A stretch of 64,000 bases of DNA. Source: Laetmonice hystrix. Its lineage: Eukaryota. Under the pieces are notes generated by a model, which saw only the letters and a list, made by a program, of their open reading frames with translations, was not told the origin of the DNA and did not search any database. The stretch covers positions 5,704,001 to 5,768,000 of the forward strand of contig OZ249451.1 of the NCBI GenBank assembly GCA_965235115.1, in the 5' to 3' direction. Below are positions 1-11,075 of this stretch, in pieces (within the stretch, counting starts at the first letter, position 1; every line of letters begins with the position of its first letter). Made by a program: the position numbers and the translations under genes.

Positions 1-869
1 GGGAGATACGAATGCTGTTCCGCTCGGGCCGCTAAAGGTTTATTAAGAGCAATGTCCGTATGACATTCATCCTGATATTCCTAGGGTGTGAAGCTTGCCA
101 TGTTGTTCTAATTTTCTTATTTATAGGCACGATGCAGCCGCAGGCTCGATGAGTTGTATGCAGGAGAACTCGCTAATTCTATTTTAAGCCGTAAGGGGCG
201 CTACATCTCTCGATAACTTAATTTCCTCCGCCTCCGCCGGGGGAACATGTGACAGCATGTACAGTCGGGTCACCTGCCCAGATGCTCTAATCGTTCTCAT
301 TTTACGCTTTGAGTCGGACTTGCACTTTTTTTTTTACTAATTCAACAACAATCGTGATGTAACCGAGTAGACTACCGAGGAATGATGAATATTAAAAGTG
401 GAAAAATGGCAATGGCAGACCAGGGTCCGGTTTTAGTTGTTTACTTTTCCACCGTGAGCAAGAGTGAGTTGAGCTGGGCAACGTTTTTGTGGGGTTTTTC
501 TGTTTGTTTGTTTGTTTGTTTTGATGGAGGGGGGGGGGCGAAAACGGTGAGCAAAACGGTGAGCATGAGCTCGTTGCTCAGGGTGGAAAAGTAAACAAAG
601 AAACTGGGCCCAGGGCTCAGACCAATAAATAGGGGCTCCTACTGCGAGGGCCGTTGTATAGTAGGCCTACCAAGTGCTTTAGGCCTACTCGCCGACTATC
701 GTGTATGCTGACCGGTTACTGTTGTGAACGCCGTCTTGAAGAAACCCACCCACCGGGACAGCATATGACTGGGAACTGTTTACATATAGGCCTAGTCACT
801 ACATAGACGTAGTGTTAAACGCCTGGCCTTTGATAATAACCCGTCGGGAGAACTGGTTGAGGAGGTGGC

Positions 870-948
870 ACCAGCAGCAGGGGTGAACCCACAAGGAACT
901 ATAGCCTAACCTAACCAGCGCCTAAAACCACTGCGCTATCAACCTCCC
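870..948 (-). mobile_element. Degenerate tRNA-derived SINE head
   Basis: Minus strand reads GGGAGGTTGATAGCGCAGTGGTTTTAGGCGC...GTGGGTTCACCCC, an A-box-like TAGCGCAGTGG plus a degenerate B-box. It does not fold into a complete tRNA. Confidence 0.35.
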
Positions 949-1282
949 TTAATCCTACCGGATGCCGACACGGCGCAAAACCACCACTACTCACTCACTC
1001 ACTCCCTTAATCCTAACGTGACCGGCCCCTTCTGCCTGGAGAGTGTATGACCTCCCCTCTGGGAAAATGGGAAATACTATCTGCCCCTGTCAAATCTGCC
1101 CCTGTCAAATCGCCTCGATAATATAACCACGGGCTGTGAGGCCCAATCTGATCATTTGCTATCAGTCCCTGCCGGGTACGAATATAATTCCTATTCGTGA
1201 CTTTGCCCGGTCAGGAGTAACTAGACCTGCTTCCCCGGGGTCTGGCGACTGACCAGTTCGATTCGGGGCAGTTATAGGAGAA

Positions 1283-1611
1283 GTAACACTGATAGTGAAG
1301 CATGGAGAGGCCTTAGCGCATGTCTGAGTACAGTAACACTGAGATGGAAGCCTTGAGAGACCTTAGCGCATGTCTGAGTACAGTAACACTGAGAGGGAAG
1401 CCTTGAGAGACCTTAGCGCATGTCTGAGTACAGTAACACTGAGAGGGAAGCCTTGAGAGACCTTAGCGCATGTCTGAGTACAGTAACACTGAGAAGGAAG
1501 CCTTGAGAGACCTTAGCGCATGTCTGAGTACAGTAACACTGAGAGGGAAGCCTTGAGAGACCTTAGCGCATGTCTGAGTACAGTAACACTGAGAGGGAAG
1601 CCTTGAGAGAC
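1283..1611. repeat. 50-bp tandem array, about 6.5 copies
   Basis: Unit CAGTAACACTGAGAGGGAAGCCTTGAGAGACCTTAGCGCATGTCTGAGTA recurs at 1381, 1431 and onward. The first copy is degenerate. Confidence 0.95.
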
Positions 1612-2454
1612 TGTCTTACCGCATGTACCATGGAAGTAGGAAAAGAACTGTAAAGGAAGAAAATCAGTATTGCAAATGCTTTTTGGGGGCGGGAGAGAAG
1701 GGTCCTTTAAGTTGGTGCGTTTCTTTTTTTCTGAATACACCACTTACCTTATTCGATCCTGTGTACAGAAATTAAGCAACGGTCTCCTTTCCTAAATAAA
1801 AAAGGTGTTTGATAGCTAGAACTTTCATCTGACTTAAAAAGTATTAGTTCGGGGTAAGTTACAGCTAACATAACGTCGTCATGCAGTCATTTGTAACGGT
1901 TCGCGACGGCAGACAGGCGGAGACTGTCCGTTTACATTGATATATAGCGGCGCACACACTGAAAGATTCCCGATTCCATTACTGCTAATGTCACATTGAG
2001 TAATAGACGGCTCCCCCATCATTGTCACCTGCGTAGGAATGTGCTGATCAACTGGCTGCCAGTAGAACACTTTTTTATTTTATCATGTCACAATTTGGCA
2101 GTCTGAGTAAAATACATCGGGTAAGTTAAATGAGGTCCACCAAGGCGGGGGCTATGCCAAGATTTACAAGTCAGAAAGTGGCTGATGTATAGACATATAA
2201 ATGTCTATAACAGATATTTTGTTTTTAGATGTAACACATTAGTTCCAGGAAAGTGAGGGGGTAGATTGATTAGTATGGGAACAGTGCCAGCCCCACCCCC
2301 GCACTCCCCATTCTCCTGTCTGAAGTTAGGCGTCATAAAAGCAAGGAACAGACAAAGGCAAGAGGATAGAGCAAATTGCAATGAAATCCCCAATTTCATA
2401 TTGATTAATACAACAAATATATAATATGTAGTTGCGACGAAAAATTGAGGGTTA

Positions 2455-2856
2455 AGCCCTGAACCCACTATGCGATTTCTGCTTGCGACACCAGTTGCAA
2501 GCATGGCGACGCAGCTCGTCGCAAGGCTTGCGACGAGCCTGTCGCAAGCCTTGAGACCCGAACACACTTTGCGACCAATTCTTGCTATCAGCGTCCCAGG
2601 CTTTGCAACTGAAAGCCTACGTACGGGCGTATTTTGATCACATGACATCATTGCTCGCCATCTGATTGGTCATTGCCTAGCGACGAGTCTGGCGTTGGTC
2701 GCAAGCCTTGCAACAAGAGGGGGAAATATCAAACATTAGGAACTGGGAACCCACTTTGCGACTGATGCTTGCGATACCAATTGCAAGCCTTGCGATTGGT
2801 GTTGCAAGGCTTGCGACTGGTGTTGCAACCAGAAATCGCATAGTGGGTTCAGGGCT
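2455..2856. mobile_element. MITE, PIF/Harbinger-like
   Basis: About 27-bp TIRs AGCCCTGAACCCACTATGCGATTTCTG / CAGAAATCGCATAGTGGGTTCAGGGCT, a TTA TSD on both sides, and internal GCAAGCCTTGCGA repeats. Confidence 0.8.
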
Positions 2857-2873
2857 TTATTCACTGTTCGAAG

Positions 2874-3260
2874 ATCTGGCGTCTGGAGAACACACGATGC
2901 CCCATTGAGAGTCAACTGGTTTGGAACCTTGCCGCAGATTGAGCCCACTGACGGGGTACGGGTTCTATTGCCAGATCCCTTTAGAAGAGTTGTGTCACAC
3001 TTATCATCGAGTTACACCCTCATCTCTCCAAATGGACACACCAACCGAGCCGAACTCTTCGTACTGTCAGGTTTTCAACAGCGTCTGTTTCCAGACTACG
3101 ATCGAACGTGGAGACCGGCGCCTCACAGTTCCCTACATTACTTTATATATCTCCCGCCCGGTCGGGGACCACAGAAAGGGTGTGTATCTCCCTCCCGGCC
3201 AGGGACCACAGAAAGGGTGTGTATCTCCCGCCCGGTCGGGGACCACAGAAAGGGTGTGTA
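2874..3260 (+). mobile_element. Dispersed repeat of coding origin (copy 1), ending in three 37-bp repeats
   Basis: Homologous to the reverse complement of 26395-26716. Several differences are synonymous in the frame DPFRRV..HLSSSYTL. Family not identified. Confidence 0.6.
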
Positions 3261-3638
3261 AGACACAGCCTCAACGTTCTGCTCAGATATAAACAGATAT
3301 AAAGTTCCGGCGATGTTAAAAGTTTTGAAGAACTAGCCGTCTTTCGTCAACAATAAAACTATTGTATATGGGTCAAATTTGTTTTAGGGAAACAAACGGA
3401 AATTACGAAAACCATACACCAAAATTATGAAGTCAGCGCCATCTGGACGTAGTTTATACCTGCATGAGCCACTTTGAGAGGGAGTTTCTTTATGCAAATT
3501 AGGGTGTCAGCGCCAGAGCGAGGCTATTGTTCTCATGCCTATTGTAGGCTACCCACTGCACCTGTATCGGACAAAGCACCCAGACATTCCCCGAAACAGA
3601 GTTCTGTTTGAATGTCAACGCATATATTGCTGCCTTAA

Positions 3639-3830
3639 AGTGCAACTGACATCACATAGGTAACTTTACTGATCTAGATAGATCACTTTGAGTTGTAGCC
3701 GTATCCCTGATAGGTTTTCTGAGAAGGCCTCTCAATTTAGAAAAATATTGAAAATTCGAATCTCGCGCCTCATCACAGTCTCACTCCTGCGTATTCTTTA
3801 CCATTGCCCCTAATGACGTCACTAGGGGAA
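3639..3830 (+). mobile_element. Kolobok-like non-autonomous element end (copy 1)
   Basis: Begins TTAA|AGTGCAACTG. About 190 bp is nearly identical to the reverse complement of 56716-56909. Confidence 0.6.
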
Positions 3831-4921
3831 TGTAAATGTTGATGTCTGTTGGACTTTAAGTTGTCCTAAACGACCTTGTGTGAGACCTACGGATATTGGT
3901 AGTCACCATATAAATAAAAAAAGATCTATGGTCCCTCTCAGGGGATGTATTTGATATGTCGTCATTCCGTTTTTACAAACCACTCAATTTCTTCTTCCTA
4001 GAGAAAAATTTACCGTTTGTATGTCACGTGTCAAATTGCTGAAATACTTACATATTGGAAACTTTACTATTAGAGTTGGCATCACAGGGTCTAATTGCAT
4101 TTCCAATTGCAATATAGTATTATAAGGTTTACCTGTAATCAGGGGCTCCATAATTATGAATGTCCTAGAAGCCTGATAGACTAAGAGCATCATTAGTGGT
4201 GTTCCCAAGTCGTCGATAGGGCTGTGCCCAGAGGTGCTCATGAGACAGTGTAGCCGATTAGTGGTGGAGAGGGTTTCCGTAAAGCCTTGAGAGCCGGATA
4301 TCTCCTTGGAGTTCCATGGAGTTAACGCACTGTTTCTCTAAGTATGCTGCCGGACTACGGCAGTAATTATCGTCTCATCTCACGAAATTTGTACCCTTGA
4401 AAGCGACAGCAACTGTAGTAACAGGTGCTAATATCGAAACACTCCAGGGTGATCGTGTTTCACCAATTTCTGTCGGAAAAAGCAGACAGTGCAATAACAC
4501 AACCGTCCATCAACTCACAAACGCAGAGAGACAGACAAGTGGGACATATTAAAAGTCTTAAAAACGTTCATTTTAAATACTAAATGTATGAAGGACATTA
4601 ATGACTATTCCTAGCTAGTATAATCAATAAGCCAAGTGCATAGGATAACGACAGATTAAATTTCCTGGGAGTGCACCGACGTCAATCCCTACGTGAGCAG
4701 CAAATTTTTGTATAAAAGACTGCTATTCGTCAGAAGGAAGATTTGTTTATCATCCTGCAAGGCGAAAGAGACATGTACGCCGTGCCTCCAAATTGGTAAA
4801 GTTCATTAAAGTTTGAGAGTGGTTGTAACAGCTTGGTAGATTTATTCCGTCGTTTGACAGCAGACAATAATACATTGTATGGTGATGTTCTTGTCGTGTC
4901 GGTGTACTACACGGGCCCAGA

Positions 4922-5502
4922 GACTCCCTCGGGCATATGACGTCACTTCCTGCTATTTGAATATGCCCTCGGGTGGATTAGTGGCCATGTTTGGCAACCG
5001 GATACATGGCCAAATGGAGGTGTGTAGCGAGGACTGAGTAAACCGTCATATCCCATCGAGCCAGGAAGTAGTGCATTATTGACACCTGCTCCTTCGGCGT
5101 TGTATGTGCAAATATAAATTTCTGGTATAAAGGGGAACGTTTGAAGAAGAAAAATGAATCACCTAATTTACCTAAATTGACGTGATACGGTAATTTATCA
5201 AATTATGGGAAGCAATATGGCCGCGCCCATGAACGACAACACTACGACACATGGTAAAACTACTTGTATCATGACATGATACTATCGTAATATTGCCCAC
5301 TGATTTTTGGGAAAGCACTGGAGGCCTATTTTATTTGCTTCCATGCCTGATGCAGGCAAAATACTGCAAGCATTGCCATGTTGGCGAGAGTCCTGGCTAA
5401 ATGTACCCGCGATGCAATGCTCAAAATGGCGCCTATTTCACCCGAGGCTACTTTGGAAGATATGGCCGAGGATTCCCGAATGGAGAAGGTGGTGTATGGA
5501 GG
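4922..5502. mobile_element. Dispersed MITE-like repeat (copy 1)
   Basis: Blocks CCCTCGGGCATATGACGTCA, TCCCATCGAGCCAGGAAGTAGTGCATTATTGA and CAAAATGGCGCCTATTTCACCCGAGGCTAC are found inverted at 25670-26270. Further fragments lie at 5880-6100. Confidence 0.6.
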
Positions 5503-5770
5503 CGGATCATTATTGGCTATAAATATGTATTGTCAAATCTCTGATCAATATGTATAAGTCCATAGACGAGTAAAGTTGAGTAATTACTATGAATATGAAT
5601 GAGATAACTTGAGTGGATCGTAAACTGATACAGTAACACGTGGACTTTACAGTGCATATTTCAAGCGTGATATCCCCAGAAGAAAATGTCACAATGTAGT
5701 AAGCCACAGTGTAAAAATGTTGTGGTGTCAGTGTCATTAATTAATGAAGCAGTTATTTTTGTTATATGAG

Positions 5771-5771
5771 T

Positions 5772-5805
<34 letters not shown>

Positions 5806-5865
5806 CAGACAGACAGACAGAGACACAGAGACAGACAGACAGAGATATAGAGACAGACAAAGAGA
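5771..5865. repeat. (GA)n/(GACA)n microsatellite
   Basis: Directly visible. Confidence 0.95.
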
Positions 5866-7447
5866 GAAGACACCGACTCTATCCGCTAGAATATTTCAAT
5901 CATAGGCCGGATCAGAGACCACACCACACTTCCGGCGGATTCCCGTTAAATGTCCGTCGAATTTCTACACTTTTACTATCCGACTCTATTTCCCGGAAGC
6001 AAAATAGACCGGAAATGGCTCGGTCGTTCCGATTGCACAGTCACGACTTGGGACGGATATCCAGGGGGAGCCACTCTCTTCGGTTTCCGGTTTCCGGTAT
6101 GAAGAACATTTCAAAAGGATCACCAAAACTTTGGGGATTTTATCCGGAAATTTTGGATTGTCTGAATTGGATCGACGTCAATGAAAGAAAATCAATACTT
6201 GAGAAGGCGAATATTATTGTGTTGTCGTGGGTATTTATCATAGCTCGGCAGCATTAAGTATTAGCCCATGTGAAATCGGTTACCATGAACCAAAATGTCC
6301 GGTGTATCGATTGTTTAAGCCGATTTAATCCAAATACAGAAAATGCAAAAAGAGAATCCTCCGCACTGTAAATGCTAAATGTGGAACTTCTTTTAATTCA
6401 GTGCTCCTCTTGCATGACTAAATAAACTTAAATCGTTGGTTGATGATTTTTAATTATTTGCTGCATCAAGAAAAATATAGTGTTTCATTTACTAACACCG
6501 GTAATATTAGAGAATTAAAGGATACATACAAATTTAAGTTGGAAATTAGGACATATTAAACAGCATGTTTCTATCTGGCAATAAGAGATCATTAAAATTG
6601 TGCCCAAGCAGCACTTTATTTTATATATCTGCATATGGGGCTACTCTAAATGTAGTGGGGATTGCACATTGATATGAGAAAATAATCTGTTGCTAATGTA
6701 GGAAATTGTATGATCTCCACGGATGTCTGTTCTGACAGCCCCAGGATCCTGCAGTTGTGATGGCATTATTGTCGAGCAGGCTTCTGGTGACGGAAATTAA
6801 TATATATCATTAATTTCTGTCAAAGCTTAGTGGATATTTAATACATCCGAACGTGGTGAAGTGTGCGAACATGTCCATTGGTTTTTGTTTTACTATAATC
6901 GCACGTTTTATTATTTCCAATCTGCGGAAGTCGTATTAAAATTAATTTGAGAAGCACATAACACAAATGAACGGAGTATCCATGACTGCAATATATTATG
7001 TATACAAAACAGTGATCGCCACGTGTGAGGGGATCAGGGGTAAGAATTATCCTCATCTTAACCCCTGGCTGTGTAAAAGGCGACAAATGGGGCGAGGGCT
7101 GGAGTGGGGAAGTGGAGTGTAGGAGTGCAGAATCGTCTGCCTGGCACAGATGAATTTGAATTCTTCCATTACCATATGAAAGCATATAAAAGAAACCTTG
7201 CCATTTTTGGAAAGGAATAGGGGGTTGCCTCCCGGTGACAGGTTTCGTTCTCACTTCATCCTCCATATCGGGGGGGGGGGGGTCAATAGGGCCCTTGACT
7301 GAATTAAATCTAAATGGTTGCTCTGGCCCTGTGTATGGTTAAAAGACTGCCGACAGGGGGTAAATGCCCCAATTCATTCATTCACTCACTCACCATGTTA
7401 TATATATCCATATATATATATAATATATATATATTTCAGATGTCTTC

Positions 7448-8584
7448 ATGAATGGCACCACGTTGCTAGAAGGTGACAACGCGACTGTTCACCGAGGTGG
7501 CAGCAACATGGCGGACGAAACGGACATTGACGAAAAGTACGAGGACTTTTACCGAACGGCCCAGCTGGTGACAGGCTTGATATGTTACCCGATTCTCTGC
7601 ATACTGGGCTTAACCGGAAATGTTCTCACTTTGATTGTTTTAAACCACAGAAAAATGCAGACGTCTACAAATGTATTCCTACGCGCCCTGGCTGTGGCCG
7701 ATACAATTAAACTCCTCAATGACGCGCTGTACTTTGCAAACTTAGTCTTACTGCGCACGCGTCCCATTGACGCGAATAGAATGATGGGACATATGTATCC
7801 CGTAAGTCATTACATCTTTAACGAGGCGGTTTGCGTAACGGCCTGGCTAACCGTTTCGGTTGCCGTGGAACGGTATATATGTGTATGTCACCCAACCAGG
7901 GCTAAGGAAGTGTGTACTATCAACCATGCTAAGGTGGCGAGTACTATAGTGTTTATTAGTATGAGCCTGCTAGCTGTGCCCTCAGCACTGCGATACAAAA
8001 AGGTAATAATCTTTGACAACCTTACTAACATTAGCATGTACGATATTACTTTGTCAGAGCTTGGAAGGAATGAGCAGTTTATGAATATATACTCGTGGGT
8101 ACAAAACCTCCTCCGATCTGTCTGCCCTCTGTTTGTGCTCATTATTCTCAACATGCGTATTATTCACGAGTTACGTAAACAAAGAGTGAAGGGAAAGAAG
8201 ATGACGTCACGGAATCGAATCACAATGATGCTCCTGAGCGTGATTTTCGTATTCCTAATGTGCATCACTCCAGACGCTATCATGTCCACCTTCTTCGGGT
8301 ACGGATATGTGGATGAGAATAATCTGGTGAAGGGAATCCGCGAGATCTCGGATACGTTGCTCGCGTTTAATTCTGCTGTCAACTTTATCATCTACTGTGC
8401 TTTCAGCAAGATCTTTAGAGACGCATTTATGGATATATTCTGTGAGCGCCTGAAGAAGCAACAACATGTGGATGAGAATCAAACTCGGCTGTTATCAGAA
8501 AAACGGGACGTTACCTGTGCTCATAAAAATCGCTTAAACGGAGATCGAGTATCAGTGGAGGAAGGCGCACAGACGTACGTATAG
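7448..8584 (+). CDS. Class A (rhodopsin-like) peptide GPCR, FMRFamide-receptor-like, 378 aa, single coding exon
   Basis: Seven hydrophobic segments; TM1 GLTGNVLTL, TM2 LAVADT, TM3 ERY(ICVCHP), TM6 FLMCITP, TM7 NFIIY. Splice acceptor TTTCAG ends at 7439, just upstream of the ATG. Confidence 0.93.
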   Translation: MNGTTLLEGDNATVHRGGSNMADETDIDEKYEDFYRTAQLVTGLICYPILCILGLTGNVLTLIVLNHRKMQTSTNVFLRALAVADTIKLLNDALYFANLVLLRTRPIDANRMMGHMYPVSHYIFNEAVCVTAWLTVSVAVERYICVCHPTRAKEVCTINHAKVASTIVFISMSLLAVPSALRYKKVIIFDNLTNISMYDITLSELGRNEQFMNIYSWVQNLLRSVCPLFVLIILNMRIIHELRKQRVKGKKMTSRNRITMMLLSVIFVFLMCITPDAIMSTFFGYGYVDENNLVKGIREISDTLLAFNSAVNFIIYCAFSKIFRDAFMDIFCERLKKQQHVDENQTRLLSEKRDVTCAHKNRLNGDRVSVEEGAQTYV

Positions 8585-9459
8585 GTTGGAATCTGTGAGG
8601 CCATCACAGACGTACGTATAGGTTGGAATCTGTGAGGCCATCACAGACGTACGTATAGGTTGGAATCTGTGAGGCCATCACAGACGTACGTATAGGTTGG
8701 AATCTGTGAGGTCATCACAGACGTACGTATAGGTTGGAATCTGTGAGGTCATCACAGACGTACGTATAGGTTGGAATCTGTGAGGCCATCACAGACGTAC
8801 GTATAGGTTGGAATCTGTGAGGCCATCACAGACGTACGTATAGGTTGGAATCTGTGAGGCCATCACAGACGTACGTATAGGTTGGAATCTGTGAGGCCAT
8901 CACAGACGTACGTATAGGTTGGAATCTGTGAGGTCATCACAGACGTACGTATAGGTTGGAATCTGTGAGGTCATCACAGACGTACGTATAGGTTGGAATC
9001 TGTGAGGTCATCACAGACGTACGTATAGGTTGGAATCTGTGAGGCCATCACAGACGTACGTATAGGTTGGAATCTGTGAGGCCATCACAGACGTACGTAT
9101 AGGTTGGAATCTGTGAGGCCATCACAGACGTACGTATAGGTTGGAATCTGTGAGGCCATCACAGACGTACGTATAGGTTGGAATCTGTGAGGCCATCACA
9201 GACGTACGTATAGGTTGGAATCTGTGAGGTCATTACAGACGTACGTATAGGTTGGAATATGTGAGGTCATCACAGACGTACGTATAGGTTGGAATCTGTG
9301 AGGTCATCACAGACGTACGTATAGGTTGGAATCTGTGAGGTCATCACAGACGTACGTATAGGTTGGAATCTGTGAGGTCATCACAGACGTACGTATAGGT
9401 TGGAATCTGTGAGGCCATCACAGACGTACGTATAGGTTGGAATCTGTGAGACCATCACA
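8568..9459. repeat. 37-bp tandem array, about 24 copies, starting inside the GPCR stop region
   Basis: Unit CACAGACGTACGTATAGGTTGGAATCTGTGAGGCCAT (C/T variant). The first copy supplies the last codons and the TAG. Confidence 0.97.
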
Positions 9460-10454
9460 TCCCCTTCAAATCCGTGTTCATGACGATGATATCGATGTAA
9501 GAAATAGCTAAGTATTATCCTCCAGTTGTTGAGGGACCTTCCTGCTGTTTTATCCAGGATACTAGAACTTACTGATTTATTTACTTACTTGATTTTATTA
9601 TCTTTGTTTAGAAACGTTTCCAGAGTATTACGTGGTAAAATAAAACTTTCTTGTGACCTTTTTGTAAGCTGGTTTACACGATAACCGTATAAAAACGATT
9701 ACGTTATTGTTTTGTCATCATAATGCTGTGGTATTGTTGACACTGAACGTGTCCGTATGGGTCGAACATACTTGTCTCCACAGTCCTATAGAATATCAGA
9801 TAAATGTATGATTACGAAATATGTATATAATATATATAAGTGTATTATTCGGCCAAGATTTGTGCAGCGATATATCATACAAGTCAGTGCAATCCACGAC
9901 CTTGTCATGTAGATGGCGTGATGCAGGTGTTGGCAATACGTGAGGGCTTCATTGGAATATTAGTCACGACAGGGTTGAAAGGAAAGGTTAATTGGTCTGT
10001 GTTGACATGCCCCACCCCCCGGATCGGCTGCTGAGAGACATTTATCATAAATTTTTCCTTTTACCCCTAGACGGCTTTGCCAAACACATTTATTTGTCGA
10101 TATTTTATTATAAAGTACATGCTCTACGGCTGTGCCCAATGAAAGTAGACGCACGTTTATGACGTCACGGAATGGCTGGTTGGAAATAAATCGACAGGCA
10201 AAACTCATGTCCTACGAGTGTTACTTGAAGTATAATTATTATGTTTTTCAGGTCGCAACTGGAAATGCCTTTTGCAAATTCATACCATAGAAAATATCTG
10301 AACGTGGTATACCATTCAATAATGACCTTAAGCTGCTGGTACAAAACGGCCTTAAATAAAACAATTTTAAAACTGTCGAAGTTCATTCCGGGCCCGGATT
10401 TTCAAAACTTGACGTACTTGCTCAAGCGATAAATGCCTCATGTTGGCGGGTCTG

Positions 10455-11075
10455 GGCCGGAAATACTTGCTCAAGCTAGAAACCCTTCTGATTGGTTGAT
10501 TCACGGTAACTGGGCCGGAAATACTTGCTCAAGCTATAAACCCTTCTGATTGGCTGATTCACGGTTACTGGGCCGGAAATACTTGCTCAAGCTATAAACC
10601 CTTCTGATTGGCTGATTCCCGGTAACTGGGCTGGAAATACTTGCTCAAGCTATAAACCCTTCTGATTGGTTGATTCACGGTAACTGGGTAGGAAATACTT
10701 GCTCAAGCTATAAACCCTTCTGATTGGCTGATTCCCGGTAACTGGGCTGGAAATACTTGCTCAAGCTATAAACCCTTCTGATTGGTTGATTCACGGTAAC
10801 TGGGTAGGAAATATTTGCTCAAGCTATAAACCCTTCTGATTGGTTGATTCACGGTAACTGGGTAGGAAATACTTGCTCAAGCTATAAACCCTTCTGATTG
10901 GTTGATTCACGGTAACTGGGTAGGAAATACTTGCTCAAGCTATAAACCCTTCTGATTGGTTGATTCACGGTAACTGGGTAGGAAATACTTGCTCAAGCTA
11001 TAAACCCTTCTGATTGGTTGATTCACGGTAACTGGGTAGGAAATACTTGCTCAAGCTATAAACCCTTCTGATTGG
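10455..11075. repeat. 59-bp tandem array, about 10 copies
   Basis: Unit GGAAATACTTGCTCAAGCTATAAACCCTTCTGATTGGTTGATTCACGGTAACTGGGTA, with variants. Confidence 0.95.

Noticed and set aside
5766-6257. 163-aa ORF starting MSRERERER
   Set aside because: It starts in a microsatellite and continues through MITE sequence. No recognisable domain.
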